A DNA stretch of 64,000 nucleotides from a virus: positions 26,616-90,615 of the IMG/VR virus record IMGVR_UViG_3300047408_000067, one strand, 5' to 3'. Shown one piece after another: positions 56,295-64,000 of this stretch (the stretch's first letter is position 1; every line of letters starts with the position of its first letter). The notes below the pieces were generated by a model. That model did no database searches. It was given only the letters and a program-made list of their open reading frames with translations, and was not told the DNA's origin. A program made the translations under genes and the position numbers.

Positions 56295-57782
56295 CTATGT
56301 ACCAACCTTCACGGTGACAAGGATGACGTCGATGGTGTCAACCACGGTCATCGTAATGTCAAGGTATAGTCGTTCACCTTCTGACGCATAGGTGGCACTG
56401 AGGGCCACCGTGTAGTTATTGCGGATGGCGCGTTGCCCCGCCATCACACGCAGAAAGTCGCGCACCACACCAACTATGGCATTCTGACCATCCGTGTCGT
56501 TGGGGACTTTCCCGATGTAGTTCGTGCGCGCAGCCAGCTCGATTGCTGCTGCAATAGCGTCGCACGTATTGACAATCGAGACCTTCTTGAAGCCCTGAGG
56601 AATTGGGTTGCCGTCAGCAGCGTAGCCAGGGACCACCAGGGTTGTCACTCCCTTTACCACGTTGAACAAGAGACCTGCCTTGCCCAAGACGGTGACACCA
56701 TTCTTGATGAGAAGGTCAACCGTGCTGCCCTTGTTCTTGGCTTCGAGCGAAATCACCTCCTGCAATGGGTAGTATGTCATTCCCTGGCCCAACGGCAGGG
56801 AAGCACGAATACCTGCAATCTGGGCCGCAAATGCCGAGCCGCGTTTGGTCAACAAGTTACCAGCGGAATCAGTCTGGTTTGCACCAGGATAGACGTACTG
56901 GCAAGCTTCGCTGTTGATACCAGCCGCACTGGCCTGAGCAGTTGTGGCACTCTCGGCAAGATCACTGCCCACAACCATCGCTACGCGGTAGCCATCGGCG
57001 CGCAGGTCTCGCAACCAGGAGGTAAACGTCGCTTCGATGCCAGGCAGGTCTGCGTTCTTGATGTCGCAGGTGAAGACGTCCCACTCGTCTGCTTCCAACG
57101 CAATGGTGGTGAGCAGATCGACGTAGTTCTGCATGGTTGGTGGAGAACCGTTGCTACCGCTGGTCATCGGCAGGGAAATGGTGGCTGGAATGCTGTTTCC
57201 CTCGGCAACCAGTGTGGCGGTGACCCAATAGTTCGCAGGATCTGCGTTGACGAGGTCCACCAAGTTCTTCATGTGTCCTACCGTGCCGCGATTCACACTG
57301 GTGGTCCATACAGCCATCAGTGTCGCGCCAACTGTGAATAGGATGTCTGTCTTGGTGACGTCGCCAGGATTGGGTCTGGTCTGCACAGTAAACGAGTTAC
57401 CGTACACGCCAGCGTTCTTTGCATCGAACCTAATGGCAGTAACGGGTGTTCCAGCCGTGTCTTGTAGGTTGATCAGCGACTTGGCAGCGCTGGCACCCAT
57501 GATGCGGTACATACGCAGCTCACGCGCTCCGCCAATGAACGCTTGACGTCCCGCGTAGTAAGCATTGTTCGGTGCAGTTTCGTCGGCAGTGTAGTAGTTG
57601 ATCAGATCCGAAAAGCTGTCAACAATCTGTACTGCGTTGGCTGGACCCCACGACGACCGGACAATCATCGACACTCTACCGCGAACACCTGTGGTAATCG
57701 CAGCAATAGCATCAGAGATGAAGTTGACGTACAGACCCGGACGAGTCGGGGGTGCAGCAGGAGTCCACGGACCACCTGGCAT
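56295..57782 (-). CDS. contractile tail sheath protein (XkdK-like)
   Basis: RPGLYVNF, WGP, G.YGN, NYIGKVPN..DG. Confidence 0.92.
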   Translation of the reverse strand: MPGGPWTPAAPPTRPGLYVNFISDAIAAITTGVRGRVSMIVRSSWGPANAVQIVDSFSDLINYYTADETAPNNAYYAGRQAFIGGARELRMYRIMGASAAKSLINLQDTAGTPVTAIRFDAKNAGVYGNSFTVQTRPNPGDVTKTDILFTVGATLMAVWTTSVNRGTVGHMKNLVDLVNADPANYWVTATLVAEGNSIPATISLPMTSGSNGSPPTMQNYVDLLTTIALEADEWDVFTCDIKNADLPGIEATFTSWLRDLRADGYRVAMVVGSDLAESATTAQASAAGINSEACQYVYPGANQTDSAGNLLTKRGSAFAAQIAGIRASLPLGQGMTYYPLQEVISLEAKNKGSTVDLLIKNGVTVLGKAGLLFNVVKGVTTLVVPGYAADGNPIPQGFKKVSIVNTCDAIAAAIELAARTNYIGKVPNDTDGQNAIVGVVRDFLRVMAGQRAIRNNYTVALSATYASEGERLYLDITMTVVDTIDVILVTVKVGT

Positions 57783-58093
57783 TATGGGGTCTCCTCAGTT
57801 GCAAATTGGTTGTCAGGTACAGCCATCATCTGGTCAATGGCACCCTGTACCTGAGACTGTGTGTACTGTGCGTCCTGTTCGAGGTATTCCGAAGCGAACA
57901 CCGCGTCGATGACCCAGGCTGGCTGATTGTACAGCGGCATCGAGTACAGGCGGTGGTCTGCGTAGCCCAATGGTGTGGACGTTAGCTCCGTCTGCCTTGC
58001 AGCAGCTTGAGCATCCTTCTCCGCCTGTGTGGGCGAAGGACCCTCTCCATTGTCTTGTGGATTATCCGAAATGTTCGGGGGTGTTCCTGTCAT
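57782..58093 (-). CDS. small acidic protein (YqzN/YkzM-like position and pattern)
   Basis: LYNQP.WVI.A.....YT..QV...I; between terminator protein and sheath. Confidence 0.6.
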   Translation of the reverse strand: MTGTPPNISDNPQDNGEGPSPTQAEKDAQAAARQTELTSTPLGYADHRLYSMPLYNQPAWVIDAVFASEYLEQDAQYTQSQVQGAIDQMMAVPDNQFATEETP

Positions 58094-58977
58094 TACTGTC
58101 CCTCAACGATGATTGTGAAGCTACCACTGCTATTGACCTCAGTTAGAGCTTCAATGTATTCGATCGCTGGTAGCTGTACCCGATCATGCTCCTGTTCTAC
58201 GGTGGTCTGCAGATTGATGTTTCCTGTAAACACGCCGTTTTTGACTTCGTCCTCTCTACTGCTGGCCGCAAAGGCTGTGACCCTCAGGTGCTGCCAGCGT
58301 ACCCTTACTGTATCACTTGGCTCCACAGGAGCTGGTCCAGTGCCAAGTAGATCCCTTATCACCAGTTCTGGGTACAGCACTCCGGTCCTGTTTGGTAGGC
58401 TTATCGATGCTTCCCTGTGCCCATCTACATAGACTATGAACTGCTTGAACAGAGGTGAGCTATAGGGTACCCTGAGAACACGCACCCTGATAGCATTGTT
58501 GGGATCCGCAACCACAATATCTAACGGTACACTGGCAGCGCTTTCGTTGTCACAGATATCTACCGCACCAACGCGCACGGCGTATGTCCCTGGCGCAAGG
58601 TTTCCATCTCCAGAAGGAGCAGCGATAGGAGGTGGATACTGCCAGTCAAACCGCCATGCTGGTATGAGGTTGACCAGTCGGAAACGTGGCCCTCCTTGTT
58701 TCATAGAGCGCTCGAATGCGCCAATTCTGTCCATTACGTCAGCGCGGTTGTTACCGTAGTAATCTATCGTCCAATCGACCACCTGCCTGTATCTGCGCGA
58801 CGTTAGCTGCTCATCACGGTGTGTTAGGTAGCTAACGCGCCAACTAGGTCTTACGAGCGTTACAGGACGATCTTCAAGTACCCGCGTTTTGCTGCCAACA
58901 GGGTATAGATTCCAGATAGCATGCTTCACTGAGTGAAACTGCTCGTCTAGATCTAATGTAACTGTTGACCTAGGCAC
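58093..58977 (-). CDS. tail terminator-like protein with inserted Fn3/Ig-like domain
   Basis: Position; RPSW, IDYY; insert GTYAVRVGAVDICDNESAAS. Confidence 0.65.
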   Translation of the reverse strand: MPRSTVTLDLDEQFHSVKHAIWNLYPVGSKTRVLEDRPVTLVRPSWRVSYLTHRDEQLTSRRYRQVVDWTIDYYGNNRADVMDRIGAFERSMKQGGPRFRLVNLIPAWRFDWQYPPPIAAPSGDGNLAPGTYAVRVGAVDICDNESAASVPLDIVVADPNNAIRVRVLRVPYSSPLFKQFIVYVDGHREASISLPNRTGVLYPELVIRDLLGTGPAPVEPSDTVRVRWQHLRVTAFAASSREDEVKNGVFTGNINLQTTVEQEHDRVQLPAIEYIEALTEVNSSGSFTIIVEGQ

Positions 58978-59731
58978 GACGTCTGCCCTTGTACGGCTGC
59001 CTACGTCTGCCAGTTTGACCCTCGAACGCAGACTGGATGGACCCCTCTACGATGTCATCTATCTGCCCCTCGGTCTTGGCGATACCCTCTTCGATGAAGT
59101 GTACACCTTCCCAATGGGCCTGTATCGGAGGCATTTTTCTGTTGCCATATGGGAAGATCCACATGGTGCCGCCATCGTTAGCCAGCCCTGCATATGGCAA
59201 GAAGGTCCCAACCTCGGCAGTCCAGACATCACCTTTGAGACGCTTGATCTCCGTAATGGCACCCATCTGGACCTGTACCATTTCGCCGACGTCTGCGCCC
59301 TCTTCACTCTTGGGACTACCAGTTACGCCGTTGTTAGCACACCATTCCTCGTGTAACTCTTGGATAGGCGTCTTGTCTGCTGGACTGACCTCGCCACGCA
59401 TGGAATCTGGCGTATATTCACCCCACGCCGCCAGCAACCTGCCCTGGGAGAACTCAAACGGCTCACCAGTGCTTTCCCTAGAGGTTCTCCTACCAGTAGG
59501 CATATGCCTGCGAATGGCGTCTTTGGTGTTGTACGTCAGAGCATCTGCCAGCGCTATTGCAGAATCTCTATGCACTACTACTAGACGGGCGTTCAATGCC
59601 GCCATGTCCGCGATAGCACCCTCAAAGTCTGCAATCTTGTCCTTGGCGTAGGTAACCCCGCCCCTGCTAGCGCGACCTCTCTGAGTAAACGTCTGCCCAG
59701 AGCTCTGATACATCGCTATGGAATTAGCCAT
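58970..59731 (-). CDS. neck / tail-completion protein (HK97 gp10-like)
   Basis: GRL..AW, EVGT..PYA...NDG, G.HFIE.G. Confidence 0.7.
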   Translation of the reverse strand: MANSIAMYQSSGQTFTQRGRASRGGVTYAKDKIADFEGAIADMAALNARLVVVHRDSAIALADALTYNTKDAIRRHMPTGRRTSRESTGEPFEFSQGRLLAAWGEYTPDSMRGEVSPADKTPIQELHEEWCANNGVTGSPKSEEGADVGEMVQVQMGAITEIKRLKGDVWTAEVGTFLPYAGLANDGGTMWIFPYGNRKMPPIQAHWEGVHFIEEGIAKTEGQIDDIVEGSIQSAFEGQTGRRRQPYKGRRRA

Positions 59732-60090
59732 CAGCGTGTTACCCCCGCTTGACAGTTGACTTCGTAGTGGTGCAGGCCAAACAGATCGTCTGCCTCGTCA
59801 ATGGAGAGAATGTCCCAGCGGATGGTGTTCTGCACGATCCAGTTGTCTTCGTTGAAAGTAGTGGGGTACAGCAGTCTGTTGTCCTGGATGAAGATGATGG
59901 CACGCCTCAAGCCCTGTGCCCCACCTGTAGCCGCAGACTCGATGCTGCGTCTGTACAAGATACTGTCCACTCTACAGGGCACACCAGGGAAGACAATGCC
60001 CTCTGTGTCTTCGGCATCTTCTACCTCTGGGTCTGCCCGTCTAGGTCCCCAGATGTCGCAAACCCTGTCCAACAACGCCAGAATAGGCAT
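59731..60090 (-). CDS. head closure protein
   Basis: VPCRV, WDI, HHYEV; position after adaptor. Confidence 0.7.
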   Translation of the reverse strand: MPILALLDRVCDIWGPRRADPEVEDAEDTEGIVFPGVPCRVDSILYRRSIESAATGGAQGLRRAIIFIQDNRLLYPTTFNEDNWIVQNTIRWDILSIDEADDLFGLHHYEVNCQAGVTR

Positions 60091-60935
60091 CAGGCTGGAT
60101 CCTGTACCCTGAACCAGTGATGTGTGCCGAGCAGTATGCCGCGACGGATCTCAAGGTCGGTGAAATCATGCCACGGGCGCACTTCCACGCCCACATACTG
60201 CGGAGTAAGTATGTACCCAGGCGCAGGTGCCAGCTCTGGGAAGACCTGCGTGGTCTTCATGTGGATCATGGAGCTTGTGCCGCAGGTGTAGTAGCCCATG
60301 ATGGCAAGAGGCTCTGCACCGAAGGCATATGGATCGTTGTAGGTCGCGGTTGTAGTGCCCCCGCCGCCAGTGTTTAGGGTATAGCTGTAGGAGCCTATCT
60401 TTTCGCTCTGGACACCACTTACCCGCCTGGCCCGTATGGCACCATCGCTTGTAAGGTACAGTTGCTCCACGACCATCAGACAGGCTATTCTAGCCATTAC
60501 GTTCCAGTTGGGCTTACCCTCGGTACAAAACCCCCCGTACTGAAGGCTCCAACTGTACATCAAGGCTTCTGCTCGCCAGATGTAGTTCCACAGTTTAGTA
60601 TCACTCATGGCTGCCAACGCAGGAAAATCTGTGTTGGAGCGAATGTATGCTGGAGTGAGAATCCCCAGAGGCCCTTCGGCAGGAATACCTTGAAAGGGTA
60701 GCGACTTATCGCTCTCCTCACTTGGTGCCTGGAAGTAACTGGCACGGTACCAGGACGTCTGTTCGCCAGTTTGGTCCTGGTACTCGTAGTCAGTCTGGCT
60801 CATTGTCAGTTGGATAGTCCCGATGGGAGGATCCGCGAAGGGCGCATCCTGGGCAACATCGCGGTAGATATTGATTGTGTCGTAATCTACTATAATGTCG
60901 TTGATGTTCATTACGCGGATGCCCAGGATGATCAT
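60090..60935 (-). CDS. head-tail adaptor with N-terminal beta (Fn3-like) domain
   Basis: VQSEKIGSYSYTL adaptor motif; N-terminal INIYR...YEYQD....WYR. Confidence 0.7.
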   Translation of the reverse strand: MIILGIRVMNINDIIVDYDTINIYRDVAQDAPFADPPIGTIQLTMSQTDYEYQDQTGEQTSWYRASYFQAPSEESDKSLPFQGIPAEGPLGILTPAYIRSNTDFPALAAMSDTKLWNYIWRAEALMYSWSLQYGGFCTEGKPNWNVMARIACLMVVEQLYLTSDGAIRARRVSGVQSEKIGSYSYTLNTGGGGTTTATYNDPYAFGAEPLAIMGYYTCGTSSMIHMKTTQVFPELAPAPGYILTPQYVGVEVRPWHDFTDLEIRRGILLGTHHWFRVQDPA

Positions 60936-60936
60936 A

Positions 60937-61053
60937 CTAGCTGGCCTTCTTCGCGCCCTGGGTCCCCTTGAGAGGACCCATCTTCACACCAGGAACTCCA
61001 GGCTGCTTCGAGCCGCCCGACTTGGACGGTTTGCTGCCGACGGTCTTCGCCAT
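60937..61053 (-). CDS. 38-aa Lys/Gly-rich basic peptide (not in ORF track)
   Basis: GAGGAG RBS; MAKTVGSKPSKSGGSKQPGVPGVKMGPLKGTQGAKKAS; exactly fills the gap. Confidence 0.65.
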   Translation of the reverse strand: MAKTVGSKPSKSGGSKQPGVPGVKMGPLKGTQGAKKAS

Positions 61054-61668
61054 CTACGTCGTCTCCTCGTGCTCTTCGGGAACGTTCTGGTGCTGTGCGC
61101 GAGATCTGCGCGCGGGAGGACTCCCGCCGCCGCCAGCTTGTCCCGTTGCCAGTTCGTTGTTCTTCTCGATCTCTTCCTTGGCAGATGCCCTGCGCTTGGC
61201 AACCACCTCAGGCTCGTCGCGGTCCTCGCCAGGCTCGGCGAGCTTCTTGTTGATGGCGCCGATCATCTGGTCGCGGTCGGTGTCCTCTGGGAAGTTGAGG
61301 CCGAGGCCCTTGGCCTTCTTGCGCAGTTCCTGACGGCTGAGTACTTCCAGTGGCGCTTCGCTGATTTGGATCGGGTCCACGGGCGGCATGCCAGGACTCT
61401 GCATACCCATCAAAACCCGAGCTACCACGCCCCTCTGCTGGATAGGAACGAGGTCCTCGTCGTCGTCAGGCGTGTACTCCTTGTACATCACCTGCCCGTA
61501 CTTCTCGAGCTGCTCTTCTTCGGTCAGTGGTGGGTTGGTCTCCGAGAACCCCATCGCGCTGCCTTCGACGACATCGCCCTCTTGGCAAACGTTGACGCCG
61601 ATGGTGAGGCCAGCCGTACACTCGTAGTAGTCGGCGTACTCGACTTCGTTCTGTGTTGCTTCTGCCAT
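61054..61668 (-). CDS. acidic protein with Rho-N/HeH-like motif
   Basis: LSRQELRKKAKGLGL......RDQMIGAI; follows MCP. Confidence 0.7.
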   Translation of the reverse strand: MAEATQNEVEYADYYECTAGLTIGVNVCQEGDVVEGSAMGFSETNPPLTEEEQLEKYGQVMYKEYTPDDDEDLVPIQQRGVVARVLMGMQSPGMPPVDPIQISEAPLEVLSRQELRKKAKGLGLNFPEDTDRDQMIGAINKKLAEPGEDRDEPEVVAKRRASAKEEIEKNNELATGQAGGGGSPPARRSRAQHQNVPEEHEETT

Positions 61669-61671
61669 GAC

Positions 61672-62673
61672 CTATCCTACCGTTGCAATGCCGACGTTGT
61701 CGGGCTTGGGGAGGATCGGGATGAACGGGTACTCCTCGAGAACTACCCGCGTGCTGGGATCCTTCTCCTTCCAGGACTTGGTGTACTTGCCAGTGTTACC
61801 TGACGGTGCCTCGTCGTCCGCGGTTGGCCCCTCCATGATACCGTATGCAGCCCGATCCTCGGCCAGCAACAGGATCTTGTTGTTGGGGATGAACAACTGC
61901 GTGCTCGGCGTGCCAGGAACCGTCCAGTCGTCGGTGTAGGTGTTGTCGTACGTCACCCAATCGACACCCGCCAGCCCCTGAATGACACCCGTCTTCAGGA
62001 ACGAGTCACGCATCTCGTTGCTGAGCAGTTGCTGGATCTTCTGGTTCGCGAACACCGTGGCGTACATGGTGGTGCTGTTGAGGAAGACGCGCCGCACCGT
62101 GGTATTGCTGTCGATGAGAATCTGCAGCTTCCACGCGTTCATGTTCGCCAGGATGTTGCTGTTGACCAGGTCCGTCCACAGTGGCGAAGGGGTGAAGAGG
62201 TGGTTGGCTGGGATCTGGTAATTGACGTTCACACGCGGGGCGTCGGGGCGATTGACGACCAGGGTGCCCGTGATGAGCATCTGCCAGGTTGCCCATTCGA
62301 CGAATCTTTCGATGCCGTCGTCCAGGTCCGAAACCTCTTCAGCCACCTTTGCCTCTGCTGCACTCCGGGCGATGTCGCCAGGTGTGCGCAGCCAGTGGAT
62401 AGCGGTCGGCGTGAAGACCTTCTTGTCGCGCATGTAGATGAACGAGCCAGCCACTTGCCCCAGACCGCGCTGTGGTCGGATGTGGGCTTCCTGGTTGGGC
62501 ACGTTCGGCTTGGACATGAGCTGATTGCCCTGGACGATATCGTACGCCCAAGTTGGGAACGGGTAACCCGTCCTTGCGCCCATCAGCTGAAGGCCGAGCA
62601 TGTTCTGCGGGAACGGCTTGCGGCGAACAAAGCCGTTGAGGACCGTCGGCTGGAGAAGACTAATTTCTGGCAC
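61672..62673 (-). CDS. major capsid protein (gpE-like, HK97 fold)
   Basis: L...I....EW...Q.L..G, W......I, W...DP.......P.P; follows decoration gene; AGGAG RBS. Confidence 0.85.
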   Translation of the reverse strand: MPEISLLQPTVLNGFVRRKPFPQNMLGLQLMGARTGYPFPTWAYDIVQGNQLMSKPNVPNQEAHIRPQRGLGQVAGSFIYMRDKKVFTPTAIHWLRTPGDIARSAAEAKVAEEVSDLDDGIERFVEWATWQMLITGTLVVNRPDAPRVNVNYQIPANHLFTPSPLWTDLVNSNILANMNAWKLQILIDSNTTVRRVFLNSTTMYATVFANQKIQQLLSNEMRDSFLKTGVIQGLAGVDWVTYDNTYTDDWTVPGTPSTQLFIPNNKILLLAEDRAAYGIMEGPTADDEAPSGNTGKYTKSWKEKDPSTRVVLEEYPFIPILPKPDNVGIATVG

Positions 62674-62682
62674 CGTTAGCTC

Positions 62683-63087
62683 CTAACCCGTGACGATAAC
62701 GGCGTCAAGATTGATGTGAATCTTGCTGCCAACGAAGACGGTTGCGATCTGGCCTGCTGTGTACAGCTTCAGCAGCTCCGAGTACTTGAAAATACCCGTG
62801 AGATAGACGTCGCACACCTGCTGCTCGGTAGCACTGGTGTAGACGTAGTTCGCTGCTACGAGCTCCGCGGCTTCCGTGGCAGGCAGTACCGGACGATACT
62901 GGCCCGTGCCGCCATCGCGAATCAACCCCATACCAGGGACGATGGCGGGCGTACCCGGAGCAACGCTGGCAGCACCCGAGATCTTGCACTGGAGAGCCGT
63001 GCTGCGAAGGATCTCGACAGGGTTGACGACGGCGATGTTGGTTACCGTGCCGTAAGCACGGGTGTTTCCGGTGGGGACTGCTGGCAT
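62683..63087 (-). CDS. head decoration protein
   Basis: Between scaffold and MCP; PG..L......G.Y, VY..G.F....L. Confidence 0.7.
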   Translation of the reverse strand: MPAVPTGNTRAYGTVTNIAVVNPVEILRSTALQCKISGAASVAPGTPAIVPGMGLIRDGGTGQYRPVLPATEAAELVAANYVYTSATEQQVCDVYLTGIFKYSELLKLYTAGQIATVFVGSKIHINLDAVIVTG

Positions 63088-63090
63088 CGT

Positions 63091-63999
63091 CTACTTCCTC
63101 TTGGCCGCGAGGCGGTCCTCAAGCTCGGGAACCAGATTCATGTAGCGCTCGGCCTCCTCGGTGGCCTTGGCTGGCTCCAGGAACTTTTCCATCGCATTGC
63201 GCCCTGGCTCCTGGGGAATGCCGTCGCCGCCAATCTCGCTGAGGTCGACGTAGGGCTGCATGTCCTTGGTCAGGTCGTCGAAGAGCTCGTGGTTGGTGTT
63301 GAACAGCTTGACGTAGCTGTCGCGCTTCGCAGGGGGTAGCTTGCCAGAGTCCACCAGCTTGTCCACCGCCGTGTTGGCCTTGGTGTCGTCCAGTTCCTGG
63401 CGAATGGCAGTGATGGCTGCTGTGTTCTCGGTGTTCTGCGTCTTCAGGGTGTTGTACCCCGCGAGAACAACGTCGGCAATGTCCACGCCGTTTTCGAACT
63501 TGAAGCCCGCATCAGCAAACTTCTTGCGCGTGCGGGCCAGGACAGCCTGACTGCCGAACGCATGCTCGACGGCCTCGGCGGTGCTGTCGTCTTCTTCGCT
63601 CAACGTGAGACCAAACTCTTTGTTGAGCTTTGTAATCAGATCCGCGTACTTCATGTCGCCTTCCTCAATGTCGTCATCTTCCTCGACGTCGTCCTCTTCT
63701 TCGATGTCTTCGTCTGTTTCCGGGTCTGCTTCGTACCCAACGAAGAAAGAACGACCTTGATCCTCGTCGTTTTCGGCAGGGCTGTCATCGAATTCCCACA
63801 GGACGTCGCTAAACAACCCGATATGGTACCTGTCCTGCGCTTGTCCCTCACCGAACTGTACTGGAGGCATCTGCTTGAAAAACGGACGGTTGGTAAGACC
63901 GCCGCCGAACAGAACGTTTTTGACCGTCTTGCCGTCTGATCCAGTAAACGAGCCAATCTCGGCGCTGAAGTAGCGGTAGATGTCCCGCTCCAACAGGCT
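63091..63999 (-). CDS. Mu-I-like prohead protease/scaffold, 5' truncated by window edge
   Basis: YRYFSAE, VL.GGGLTNRPF; acidic linker then helical scaffold; frame open to edge. Confidence 0.8.
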   Translation of the reverse strand, partial: SLLERDIYRYFSAEIGSFTGSDGKTVKNVLFGGGLTNRPFFKQMPPVQFGEGQAQDRYHIGLFSDVLWEFDDSPAENDEDQGRSFFVGYEADPETDEDIEEEDDVEEDDDIEEGDMKYADLITKLNKEFGLTLSEEDDSTAEAVEHAFGSQAVLARTRKKFADAGFKFENGVDIADVVLAGYNTLKTQNTENTAAITAIRQELDDTKANTAVDKLVDSGKLPPAKRDSYVKLFNTNHELFDDLTKDMQPYVDLSEIGGDGIPQEPGRNAMEKFLEPAKATEEAERYMNLVPELEDRLAAKRK

Positions 64000-64000
64000 G

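Noticed and set aside
46719-57782. Tailocin or extracellular contractile injection system
   Set aside because: Capsid, protease and full replication genes are present, so this is a phage
1-64000. Stop-codon reassignment
   Set aside because: Conserved genes are intact under the standard bacterial code, and TAA, TAG and TGA all end genes at tight junctions

Overview
A 64-kb internal segment of a tailed dsDNA phage with a contractile tail. No host genes, integrase, rRNA, tRNA or CRISPR array were seen. The right half (about 28.7-64 kb, minus strand) is a complete morphogenesis and lysis run: Mu-I-like protease/scaffold, decoration protein, gpE-type major capsid protein, neck proteins, and a PBSX/Xkd-like sheath, tube, chaperone, tape measure, hub and baseplate. 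It also holds a ~12-kb cluster of fibre/receptor-binding genes, a C39-like peptidase and a holin-like gene. The left half (0-28.2 kb) is an autonomous replication/recombination module (DnaE, DnaG-like primase, DnaB, gp32-like SSB, RecA, SF2 helicase, Cas4-like and resolvase-like nucleases) behind sigma70-type promoters. The best candidate for an undescribed system is a DNA thymidine-hypermodification pathway. A dUMP-specific thymidylate-synthase homologue (3202-4368) is paired with a translationally coupled five-gene operon (15151-19505): Nmad1/DUF1599-like, nucleoside deoxyribosyltransferase-like, GT-B glycosyltransferase, SPASM/twitch radical SAM and 5-hmdU DNA kinase. No amino-acid:DNA transferase was recognised, which suggests a sugar-bearing modified base. 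Other notable signals are a predicted -1 frameshift building the C39 lysin, a +1 tail-chaperone frameshift, a promoter/hairpin-dense small-RNA island with an unlisted 45-aa Pro-rich peptide (28166-28723), charge-blocked disordered proteins, and a LamG domain nested inside another. All family calls come from motif recognition by eye, not database searches. Several starts were moved from the ORF track using RBS or stop/start overlap evidence.
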